Source: an uncultured Lachnospiraceae bacterium (GTDB taxonomy: Bacteria > Bacillota > Clostridia > Lachnospirales > Lachnospiraceae). From it: DNA of 64,000 bases. Both the position numbers and the translations under genes were made by a program. Where the stretch lies: assembly GCA_910579465.1 (NCBI GenBank), contig CAJTUB010000007.1, forward strand, positions 15,714 to 79,713, given 5' to 3'. Below are positions 27,466 through 36,185 of the stretch, piece by piece (position 1 is the first letter of the stretch; every line of letters begins with the position of its first letter). Below the pieces are notes generated by a model. That model made no database searches. It saw only the letters and a list, made by a program, of their open reading frames with translations, and had not been told where the DNA came from.

Positions 27466-29241
27466 ATGAAAAGGAGAAGATTACTTAGTAGTCTGCTGAA
27501 AGAAAGCATAAGGGTAGCTCCGGGTAATTTTATTGCTATTTCTGTTTCTACTGTTTTATCCGGACTTGCAACTGTGCTTTCTACCTTTTTTCCTGCGTTG
27601 CTCATTGATTGTCTGGTGTCGGCGAAGGGAAATAGGATAATTTTGTTTTATATTCTTGCCTATTCTGTTATCTTATGTCTTGTGGAAATCAGTCATAAGG
27701 CAGCCTCTTTGTATAGTACGGCAACCGGATATAGGGCAAATAACATTGCAACATTGAGAATACAACAAAAGGCTATGCGTATCTCATATGATAGCTGGGA
27801 TTCGCCTGAACATTTTCAAAAAATCAAACAGGCTGTAAATTCTTCCTGGGTATTTCAGACAATAACAGATGCTGTTTGCGGAAGTCTGCTTTCTGCAGTT
27901 ATAATATTGCTGCCAGCAATCTATATTGTTAGTAGAATTCACATATTGCTTTTTGTTTTTTTGTTGCTTCTTATTTTGATAGAAATGCGTATTGAAGAGA
28001 AATTTGATGAAAAGAAGTATGCGATTGAGGATCAGGTTATAGCACTTCAGAAGAAATCTGACTATGACGAGAAAGTGTTAACTGAAATGAAATACGGAAA
28101 AGAAGTCCGGCTTTTTAAGATGAAAGATGGTCTGATTCATCGTTATCTGGCAGACAGGAAAAAAGAAAATAACAGGAGGATAGATCAAGGCAGGGTATCG
28201 GTTCAATTTACTCTTATTTCATTACTTTTTTCTACTATTGAAGCAATCATTGTTTATCTCTTTGCAATTATCAAATACAATTGCGGGGAGGTCAATATTG
28301 CAGACTTTTTTGCATATGTAGGTGCAGTCATGCTTTTGGTTGAAGCTGTCAAGCAAATCGGATGGGCAAAAAACTGGATAAAAGATATATTGAATTACTA
28401 TGTATTTTATTATGAGTTTATGCAGACAAAAGAGGAAGAGAAAGAAAAAAGACTGAAAGAGAAGATTCAGGAAGGAGAAGACTCAGGAGAGGAAGAGCCA
28501 TTACTTCAAATGAATCATGTAAGCTATCAATATGAAAATGCTGTCGGATATGCGCTGGATGATATCTGCTTGAAAATAAACAAGGGAGAAAAGGTTGCCA
28601 TTGTCGGTGAAAATGGAGCCGGAAAATCGACTTTGGTAAAAACAATGCTTCATTTGTATGATAATTATTCGGGAGATATCTGTTATAAGGGAAAGAATAT
28701 CAGAGATATACCTGTAAAAGATTACTACACGAGATTATCGTCGGTATTTCAGGATTATTTTCTTCATGCCTTTTCTATAAGGGAGAATATAACTTTTGAT
28801 AAAGAGACTGACAAGGAAAGACTGCATAAATTATTCTTACAATATGATCTGGTTCATGTTTTAGAACCTTTGGAAAAAGGAATTGATACATGGTATTCCA
28901 AAGAATTGTGTGAAGATGGAATAGAACTGTCAGGAGGAGAGTGCCAAAAACTAGCTACCGTGCGTGGCTTATATAAAGATGCGGATATTCTCGTATTAGA
29001 TGAATCAACTGCGGCTCTTGATCCGATAGCAGAAAAGAAGTATTACGATACTCTTTTTGAAAATGTTGAACAAACAACTATTTTTATTACACATCGAATG
29101 GCAAGTACTAGGAAAGCTAATAAAATTATAGTAATTGACAAAGGAAAGATTGCTGAAACCGGTACATTTGATGAGTTATATTCGAGGCATGAATTGTTTT
29201 ATTCTTTTTTTTCTAAGCAGGCAGAGTTATACGAGGAGTAA
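27466..29241 (+). CDS. ABC exporter half-transporter (TMD-NBD), probable heterodimer partner
   Basis: ATG at 27466 follows AAGGAGGA. Walker A GENGAGKST, signature LSGGECQK, Walker B ILVLDEST. Confidence 0.88.
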   Translation: MKRRRLLSSLLKESIRVAPGNFIAISVSTVLSGLATVLSTFFPALLIDCLVSAKGNRIILFYILAYSVILCLVEISHKAASLYSTATGYRANNIATLRIQQKAMRISYDSWDSPEHFQKIKQAVNSSWVFQTITDAVCGSLLSAVIILLPAIYIVSRIHILLFVFLLLLILIEMRIEEKFDEKKYAIEDQVIALQKKSDYDEKVLTEMKYGKEVRLFKMKDGLIHRYLADRKKENNRRIDQGRVSVQFTLISLLFSTIEAIIVYLFAIIKYNCGEVNIADFFAYVGAVMLLVEAVKQIGWAKNWIKDILNYYVFYYEFMQTKEEEKEKRLKEKIQEGEDSGEEEPLLQMNHVSYQYENAVGYALDDICLKINKGEKVAIVGENGAGKSTLVKTMLHLYDNYSGDICYKGKNIRDIPVKDYYTRLSSVFQDYFLHAFSIRENITFDKETDKERLHKLFLQYDLVHVLEPLEKGIDTWYSKELCEDGIELSGGECQKLATVRGLYKDADILVLDESTAALDPIAEKKYYDTLFENVEQTTIFITHRMASTRKANKIIVIDKGKIAETGTFDELYSRHELFYSFFSKQAELYEE

Positions 29242-29247
29242 AAAATA

Positions 29248-31035
29248 ATGTATTTAGTTGATGTTGTGGTCGTAGATACCGGATTTACCAATCAAACAAA
29301 CAGTAATATTTGCTACAAAATTGAAGGATTGGGTATTGTAAGAAGGGGAAAATCATATTCCATAGTTTCGGATTATTTCGATGAAAAGAATCATGGTACA
29401 GGGGTAGTAGGCATTATATTTCAGCATGTTCCTAATGTGTCGTGTCTGGTTATAAAACTTGCAAATCCAGATGTTATTATTGAAGATATACTGTTTGCGC
29501 TTCAGTATATAATTGATAATGTGTCTTGTAAGTTTGTTAATCTTAGTTTTGGGATTTCTTTAGTTGATGATTATAGAAAAATTGACCAACTTGATGAATT
29601 ATGTAAAAAAATTGATGAAAAAGGAACTGTTATTGTTTCAGCATATAGCAATAATGGTGGAATTACTTATCCTGCTGCGTTTGAATCGGTAATAGGAGTT
29701 ACAACAGGAGAAGAATGTCATCGCATTGATGATATTCGGTATGTGTCACATAATGTAGTTAATTTTTGTGCGAAAGGAAATAATCAGCCAGTATTATCAG
29801 CAGAAGGTAATGGAAGAATTGTCAGAAGTGGCGATAGTTATGCTTGTGCACATGTGACAGGTATATTTTTAACAAAATATCAGCCATTAAAAAAACGGCA
29901 GGATTATTTAAATGATTTTGGGGATAAAAAGGGTTGTAAAGAAAAAGTTATTGATCAAGAGTATTTGATGATGGAAGAATGGAAAAATAAGTTGACAGGG
30001 AAGAAGTGTGCACTTCTATTTTGGGGAAAAGAAATGCATTCAATTGTACGTTTTTCCGAAGAGGCGATAGTTAATTTGATTGCGGTATATGATATGCGGC
30101 AACAGGGCAATATAGGCAGGGATGTATTTGAACTGATCAGAAATGAGAAGCGAGGTATTGTGATTGAAGATTATTTGAAAATGGATTTTTCCAAATTCGA
30201 AGTTCTTGTGATTGGTCATATTATTTCAGAATATTTGAGTGTCAATGTACTTAATTCATTAAAGAAAATTTACGCTCAATGTGTAGAAAATAATATTATA
30301 ATTTATTCTTTTGAGGAGATAGATAAATATATTGATGTTGATAAAAATACTTATTTTTGTCCAACAAGAATTAGAATATTGAGCCCTTATGAGAATTATG
30401 GTAAATTATTCCCTATTTCAACGCCAATTGTAGGAGTATTTGGTACAAGTTCGTCACAAGGTAAATTTTTTATTCAATTATCAATGAGACGCTTATTACG
30501 TAAAAAAGGATATGATGTTGGGTTTTTAGGAACAGAGCCAACATCACTTTTGTTTGGTGCAGATGATTTGTTCTCGTTTGGTTTTCATTCGAATTTGGGA
30601 GAAGATGGGTATTCCACAATTGTTACCTTAAATGAGATGCTTCATAGAATTGATGTGAAGAACAAAGATATAATAATTGTAGGATGCCAATCTGTAATTT
30701 TGCAAAATGTATATGAAAATATAAAAAACTACACAATAAAGCAAATAAATTTTTTGTTGGGAACGTTGCCTGATGTGTTTGTATTATGTGTAAACTATTA
30801 TGATACTACAGAATATGTAAAGAGGACAATAATGTTTTTAGAGTCGATGACAAATAATAAAGTTAAGAGTATTGTAATTTCTCCAGTAAATCGATCTGCG
30901 AAGGATTGCCCGTTAAGTCAAGGTAAGAAAGGGAAATATATATATCAAGTTACAAAGATATGTAATATTCCAGTAATTGATTCGCTAAAGGATAACTGGT
31001 GCAAAAATTTATTATTACAAATTGGTGTAGTTTGA
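29248..31035 (+). CDS. Subtilisin-like S8 peptidase domain fused to a C-terminal domain of about 370 aa and unknown family
   Basis: The catalytic triad motifs are VVVDTGF (Asp), NHGTGVVG (His) and GDSYACAHVTG (Ser). There is no signal peptide or prodomain. The C-terminal part contains VGVFGTSSSQGKFF (P-loop-like). Confidence 0.8.
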   Translation: MYLVDVVVVDTGFTNQTNSNICYKIEGLGIVRRGKSYSIVSDYFDEKNHGTGVVGIIFQHVPNVSCLVIKLANPDVIIEDILFALQYIIDNVSCKFVNLSFGISLVDDYRKIDQLDELCKKIDEKGTVIVSAYSNNGGITYPAAFESVIGVTTGEECHRIDDIRYVSHNVVNFCAKGNNQPVLSAEGNGRIVRSGDSYACAHVTGIFLTKYQPLKKRQDYLNDFGDKKGCKEKVIDQEYLMMEEWKNKLTGKKCALLFWGKEMHSIVRFSEEAIVNLIAVYDMRQQGNIGRDVFELIRNEKRGIVIEDYLKMDFSKFEVLVIGHIISEYLSVNVLNSLKKIYAQCVENNIIIYSFEEIDKYIDVDKNTYFCPTRIRILSPYENYGKLFPISTPIVGVFGTSSSQGKFFIQLSMRRLLRKKGYDVGFLGTEPTSLLFGADDLFSFGFHSNLGEDGYSTIVTLNEMLHRIDVKNKDIIIVGCQSVILQNVYENIKNYTIKQINFLLGTLPDVFVLCVNYYDTTEYVKRTIMFLESMTNNKVKSIVISPVNRSAKDCPLSQGKKGKYIYQVTKICNIPVIDSLKDNWCKNLLLQIGVV

Positions 31036-31108
31036 TAGGAATTTGTTGTATATGAAAGATAAACAGTAGTATTTGAATTTGAAATTGTTCTTAAGGAGGA
31101 GAATCATT

Positions 31109-32614
31109 TTGAGAAAAGAAGAAATGATGGAATTGCCGTTATCATCAAAACCAAGTATTATAACGTGCATTCATCAAGCATATCCGTGTGCAATTATTGA
31201 AAGCAAAGAATTGGCGTCGATTATAATTATAGACAAAAATAAAGACAAATGGTGTCAAACTACCCAAAATACAATAGTAGAAGAAAAAAATAATAGAATA
31301 CTAATTTCTCAAAAGGAGGAGATGGATGATTCTGCCACAGTTTTATGGAAGTCTTGTAAGTGTGAAGAAGAAATTGAGATTTACATTGAATATTTTAAAG
31401 AAATGGATAATAATCGATACATGGACATTTTTTTGTTTGATGATTTGCAAGAAGAATGTTTGTTGCAAGATAAAAACTTCGGGATTCGTTGGAATCAATA
31501 TGGATTGTTTGTGAAAAAAGAGATGTATGGATATAATACTAAAATTTTTAGATATATTAAATTTTATCGTAAAAATAATAGTATAAGTTGCTTTGTTTCG
31601 ATGGACGGAAAAGAATGGATTAATTTTACAAATAGAAAGATACCAAAAGAATGGGAAGATTTTGATTTAAAAATAGGGATTCATTTTGATTTTGGGTTTA
31701 ATACATTTTATATTTGGAAAAAAATGAATTTGATTCAATTAGCATATAATACAAGTGATCCATGCAAGGGAATTTTGTTAGATTATTTTGTGATTCCAAG
31801 GAAAAATTATGACAATAGCTACAATTGGTTTTCTAATTATCTTGAAACTATTTATGATACAATATATGAAATATCTGATCTTTTTACTAATATTCATGAG
31901 TATATACAGTGGAATATAAGTCATGGTTATTATGTTAATATTGCATTAGATGAGTTTTTCGTTCCTGAAAGATCAAGTTATAAAAAAGAACATTATCAAC
32001 ACTATAATTTATTTTTTGGATATGATAATTATGCCAAAAAGTATAAAATTATGGGATATGGAAAGCAAAGCAAACCGTTTATAAGCGAATTGTCTTATGA
32101 AGAACTGTCAGAAGAAATAGTTACAAGTGATAAAATAGTTCGTTATAAGTATGTAATTAATAATAATGTTAATATGAAATTTTGTATCTCTATAATAATT
32201 TCCGGGTTAAGAGAGTTTATTATGGGAGAAAATACAAGTTACAAATATGCGAATCTGCTCACTGAAAAGCCGATGATATATGGTATTTCAATTTTTCCAT
32301 ATTTGATTGAGAATGAACAAGGAAGGAAAGAAATTCGTATTGATACTAGAATTTCTTTTTGTATCTTGGAGCATAGTAAGTTAATGAAAGAACGAATTGA
32401 CTATTTATTTAAGAAAAAGTACATTTCTCAGGAACAATATCCAAGATTTGATTTTTTAATAATGGAAATCAATAAATTAGCAGAAGGTTTATTGAAAATA
32501 ATTATAAAAAATAAAGTGAAACCAATATATGATGATAGGATAGATGAAATGTTGAAAAAGTTATATAATGAGTATAATACTTTTTGTAAGGAATTAATAT
32601 CGACGTTATCCTGA
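31109..32614 (+). CDS. Hypothetical protein of about 500 aa, family not recognised
   Basis: AAGGAGGA (31093-31100) precedes an in-frame TTG at 31109 and an ATG at 31124. The ORF is long and AT-rich. It has no catalytic motif I can name. Confidence 0.7.
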   Translation: MRKEEMMELPLSSKPSIITCIHQAYPCAIIESKELASIIIIDKNKDKWCQTTQNTIVEEKNNRILISQKEEMDDSATVLWKSCKCEEEIEIYIEYFKEMDNNRYMDIFLFDDLQEECLLQDKNFGIRWNQYGLFVKKEMYGYNTKIFRYIKFYRKNNSISCFVSMDGKEWINFTNRKIPKEWEDFDLKIGIHFDFGFNTFYIWKKMNLIQLAYNTSDPCKGILLDYFVIPRKNYDNSYNWFSNYLETIYDTIYEISDLFTNIHEYIQWNISHGYYVNIALDEFFVPERSSYKKEHYQHYNLFFGYDNYAKKYKIMGYGKQSKPFISELSYEELSEEIVTSDKIVRYKYVINNNVNMKFCISIIISGLREFIMGENTSYKYANLLTEKPMIYGISIFPYLIENEQGRKEIRIDTRISFCILEHSKLMKERIDYLFKKKYISQEQYPRFDFLIMEINKLAEGLLKIIIKNKVKPIYDDRIDEMLKKLYNEYNTFCKELISTLS

Positions 32615-32688
32615 ACCGGCCGTTTTTGTTTGTCATTACTTCGGAGGTGGGACTGCCGTTATTTATCGGCATTGTAAATACACCGTAG
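32614..32688 (+). pseudogene. Orphan 3' fragment of the serpin gene (last 24 codons plus stop)
   Basis: It translates as NRPFLFVITSEVGLPLFIGIVNTP*. It has 3 nt differences from 23378-23452, one of them non-synonymous (T to I). Confidence 0.85.
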
Positions 32689-32762
32689 CAGGCACAGCAC
32701 TCCTTTGGACAAATGCAAAATAAGATGCGATACCGCCGGCGGAACTTTTTTCGGGTGACTCA

Positions 32763-32779
32763 AAAATGCAGAGCTCAGG
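32763..32779 (+). repeat. 17-nt box variant (AAAATGCAGAGCTCAGG) at the end of the right direct repeat
   Basis: It lies 11 nt upstream of the -35 of the SNF2 promoter. Confidence 0.6.
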
Positions 32780-32790
32780 GAGAAATCCAG

Positions 32791-32819
32791 TAGAAAAAAT
32801 CCCGGAAATATGGTATACT
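32791..32819 (+). promoter_or_regulatory. Candidate promoter of the SNF2 helicase gene
   Basis: TAGAAA, a 17-nt spacer, then TATACT with TG at the extended -10 position. The 17-nt box lies 11 nt upstream. Confidence 0.5.
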
Positions 32820-32909
32820 TTGGGGGAAGGCGTTTGACTTTGCCGGAAGGCAGAGTCATCTGCCTTCCTGGATACTACATGGTTACTGTGTTTTTGAGAG
32901 GGGCTGCCG

Positions 32910-35900
32910 ATGATACGATTAAGCAGAAGAAAAATTCAGATTCTTGCCGCCGACGAAGCGGTGTTTCAGCGCGGGCTTGCCTATTTCAAGGAAAAACGCG
33001 TGCTTCATGCCGCCTGCTCCAAAGACCGGAAGATTTACAGCTTTACCGTCCAGGGAAAGCAGAAGTACCATGTTACGATAGAAGAAACGAAGGAACACGA
33101 TATTGAATTTTCCTGCAACTGTCCTGTGCTGTATATGCAGAAGGGCGCCTGTAAGCATACGGTAGCGGCGCTGCTGCATTTGCTGCAGTATCAGGAGCAG
33201 GAAGAACAGGGGATTCATCTTGTGATGCCGAAGGACATGCGCGTCCACAAGATAGTCCGGTATTTTATCAACGCCCAGGAACAGCAGTATAAGAAGGAAA
33301 TATACCGCGTGGAGCCCTGCATCGAGGTTCCGGCGCTTTTGCGGGAAGAAAACGACCCGGTGTATCTGTCGCTTCGTGTCGGAAGCACGAAACTATACCG
33401 TGTACAAAGATTAAAGCGTTTTCTTACGGAATATAAGAAAAACGAAACGATTGCGCTTGGAAAGGAGTTTTGCTATGTTCCGGAGGAAAGTGAGTTTGAC
33501 CATGCCTCCGTGCAGCTTCTGCAGGAGCTGGTTTCTTATGCCGAGGTTCTGGAGCTTGTCGACGGAAAAAATAGTATGAAGCTGTTCCAGAAGTCTAAAA
33601 TTGTTTTAAACCGGAATCTTCTGACCAGGGTTCTGAAGCTGTGCCGGAATCTCCCGTTTATCCTGAAGCTGTCGGAAACGGAACTGGACAATGTACGTTT
33701 TGTGCAGGGAAATCCACCGATTGAGTATGATATTTTTATGCAGGAAGGCTCTGTCAGCATGAATTATAAGGAGCAGGAGCATGTCATCCCGATTGCGGCA
33801 GACGGTTCTCTTTTACTGCGGGATAATGTGCTGTATCTGCCGGAAGAGCGCTTTATGAAAACATATCTGCCGTTTTATTCTACTCTGGGCGATGACAAGG
33901 CGCCGCTTGTCTTTGAAGACGACTATGAGAATGCCTTTCTGGAGTATGTGCTTCCGGTGATACATGAAACGCTTCAGGTAGAAGTGCCGGAGGAGGTACA
34001 TGCAAGATATGTCACCCTTCCGTTTTCTGCAAAGGTGTATTTTGATTTGTTTCATTCCGCAGTGCGGGCGACGGTGTATTATGTCTATGGTGAATATGAG
34101 TTCAATTCCTTTGAGACCCCGGCGCTTGGCGGAACGATTCTGGTGCGCGAAAAGGAGCAGGAAGCACAGTTGGATGCTCTTTTGGAACGCTATGGGTTTG
34201 AGCCGCACAACGGCTTTTATCTTATGAAAAATGAGGAAGACATTTATGCACTGATTACCGAAGGAATTTCGCTTCTGGCGGAGCATGCCGTGCTTTATTC
34301 CTCTGACGACTTTACGAGAATGCGGACAAAGAGGCATACGAACGTGCAGCTCGGGATAGAAATTCCCTCCGGAGAGGATTTACTTAAGATTGAATTTCAA
34401 TATGATAGCGTTTCTAAGGAAGAGCTGCGCGCGGTTTTTTATTCCTACCGCCAGAAAAAGAAGTACCACCGTTTATCGGACGGCAGTTTTCTTGACCTGA
34501 CGGACGAGTCCTTTATGAAAACCGCTGATTTACTGGAAAGCATGAATCTTTCCTATCGTGATTTTGACAAAAACGGAGATTTGAAGGTGCCGAAAAACTT
34601 TGCGGCTTATCTGGATTTTCTGCCGCAGGAGATGGGGTTTGAGGTTAAAAAGGACAAAAATTTCCAGGCACTTACCAGGCGTCTGCTTTCTCCCGGAAAG
34701 CAGGAGTATGCGGTGCCGGATACGATACATGCCGAACTGAGGGAGTATCAGAAAACCGGATTTTCCTGGCTCAGAATGCTGTCGGATAACGGGTTCGGCG
34801 GAGTGCTTGCGGACGATATGGGACTTGGAAAGACGCTGCAGGCAATTACCTATATGGCTTCCGTATTGAAGGAGGAAAGCTTTTCCGAGGTGCCGTTCCT
34901 GGTGGTCTGCCCGACCTCTCTGCTTTATAACTGGCTTGACGAGGTGGAAACCTATGCGCCGCAGTTCCGTGTCAGGGTAGTCCAGGGAGCGCCGGAAGAG
35001 CGCAGGGAGCTTCTCCGGCATTCGGCGGAATGGGATCTTTGTATTACCTCGTATCCGCTGCTCCGCAGGGATTTGGAGATATACAGAAGAAAACGGTTTC
35101 ATACGGTTTTTATTGACGAGGCGCAGTATATTAAGAATGCCATGACAGGAAATGCCCGTTCGGTAAAGGAGCTTTTCGCTAAGACACGGTTTGCCATGAC
35201 CGGTACGCCGATTGAAAATTCCTTATCCGAGCTCTGGTCGATTTTTGATTTTATTATGCCGGGCTATCTGTTCAGCTATGCGCGCTTTGCCAAACGCTAT
35301 GAACGTCCGGCAATGATGGGGCATACGGAACAGCTGCAGCAGCTGAACCGCCGGATTAAGCCGTTTTTGCTGCGGCGCATGAAAGAGGATGTGCTGTCCG
35401 AGCTTTCGGAAAAAATTGAAACCAAGCTGGTCACCGACCTGACGGAAGAGCAGAGGCTTTTGTATCTTTCTTATGTAAGACAGGCGAGACAGGATATTGC
35501 CGAGGATATCCTGCGTCTTGGCACAGAAAAGAGCCGGATGCAGATTCTTGCGGCTTTGACGAGGCTCCGTCAGATTTGTTGCCATCCGGGGATGTTTTTG
35601 GAAAATTACGGAGGCGGCAGCGGAAAGGCGTCGCTTTTCTTACAGATTATGGATGAGCTTAAAAAAAACGGCCACCGTGTCCTTGTATTTTCCCAGTTTA
35701 CCTCGATGCTGGAAATATTAAAGGACTCTCTGACGGAAGCAGAGTTTTCTTACTTTTATTTGAACGGTGCGACAAAGCCTGCCGACCGGCAGGAGTATGT
35801 AAAGCGGTTTAATGCGGGAGAAGGGGATTTGTTCCTGATTTCCTTAAAAGCAGGCGGCACCGGACTGAACCTGACCGGCGCCGATACGGTGATTCATTTT

Positions 35901-36134
35901 GACCCGTGGTGGAATCCTGCCGTGGAGGAGCAGGCGTCGGACCGCGCGCACCGCATCGGGCAGGAAAAGACAGTCCACATTATAAGACTTCTGACGAAGG
36001 GAACGATTGAGGAAAAAATATTCCGTCTGCAGAAAAAGAAGCAGGATTTGTTCCATGCAGTTATCGAGGAAGGAGAAACCTTCCTCAATAAGCTGTCACC
36101 GGATGAAATCAAAGAGCTGTTCGAGGATATCTGA
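32910..36134 (+). CDS. SNF2-family helicase with an N-terminal SWIM zinc finger
   Basis: SWIM finger CNCPVLYMQKGACKHTVAAL. Helicase motifs LADDMGLGKTLQ, DEAQYIKN and QASDRAHRIGQ. Confidence 0.9.
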   Translation: MIRLSRRKIQILAADEAVFQRGLAYFKEKRVLHAACSKDRKIYSFTVQGKQKYHVTIEETKEHDIEFSCNCPVLYMQKGACKHTVAALLHLLQYQEQEEQGIHLVMPKDMRVHKIVRYFINAQEQQYKKEIYRVEPCIEVPALLREENDPVYLSLRVGSTKLYRVQRLKRFLTEYKKNETIALGKEFCYVPEESEFDHASVQLLQELVSYAEVLELVDGKNSMKLFQKSKIVLNRNLLTRVLKLCRNLPFILKLSETELDNVRFVQGNPPIEYDIFMQEGSVSMNYKEQEHVIPIAADGSLLLRDNVLYLPEERFMKTYLPFYSTLGDDKAPLVFEDDYENAFLEYVLPVIHETLQVEVPEEVHARYVTLPFSAKVYFDLFHSAVRATVYYVYGEYEFNSFETPALGGTILVREKEQEAQLDALLERYGFEPHNGFYLMKNEEDIYALITEGISLLAEHAVLYSSDDFTRMRTKRHTNVQLGIEIPSGEDLLKIEFQYDSVSKEELRAVFYSYRQKKKYHRLSDGSFLDLTDESFMKTADLLESMNLSYRDFDKNGDLKVPKNFAAYLDFLPQEMGFEVKKDKNFQALTRRLLSPGKQEYAVPDTIHAELREYQKTGFSWLRMLSDNGFGGVLADDMGLGKTLQAITYMASVLKEESFSEVPFLVVCPTSLLYNWLDEVETYAPQFRVRVVQGAPEERRELLRHSAEWDLCITSYPLLRRDLEIYRRKRFHTVFIDEAQYIKNAMTGNARSVKELFAKTRFAMTGTPIENSLSELWSIFDFIMPGYLFSYARFAKRYERPAMMGHTEQLQQLNRRIKPFLLRRMKEDVLSELSEKIETKLVTDLTEEQRLLYLSYVRQARQDIAEDILRLGTEKSRMQILAALTRLRQICCHPGMFLENYGGGSGKASLFLQIMDELKKNGHRVLVFSQFTSMLEILKDSLTEAEFSYFYLNGATKPADRQEYVKRFNAGEGDLFLISLKAGGTGLNLTGADTVIHFDPWWNPAVEEQASDRAHRIGQEKTVHIIRLLTKGTIEEKIFRLQKKKQDLFHAVIEEGETFLNKLSPDEIKELFEDI

Positions 36135-36157
36135 GGCTTTCTGGGAGGGCAAAAGCA

Positions 36158-36185
36158 ACGCACTTTGACGTTAATCAAAGTGCGT
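36158..36185. terminator. Hairpin between convergent genes
   Basis: ACGCACTTT, a 10-nt loop, then AAAGTGCGT. A T-rich stretch is present only on the minus-strand side, and the hairpin overlaps the last codons of the minus-strand gene. Confidence 0.4.

Larger units (their letters stand above)
23516..32614 (+). mobile_element. AT-rich genomic island bounded by direct repeats; no recombinase inside
   Basis: Base composition shifts abruptly at both ends. The flanking repeats are 23378-23515 and 32614-32785. The island holds seven co-directional genes. Confidence 0.7.
32614..32785 (+). repeat. Right direct repeat
   Basis: See the left repeat. It begins at the last base of the TGA stop of the final island gene. 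Confidence 0.85.

Noticed and set aside
32810-33106. A 98-aa ORF overlaps the SNF2 promoter and start.
   Set aside because: It is out of frame with, and overlaps, a strongly supported CDS. It has no RBS and an Arg-rich shadow-frame composition.
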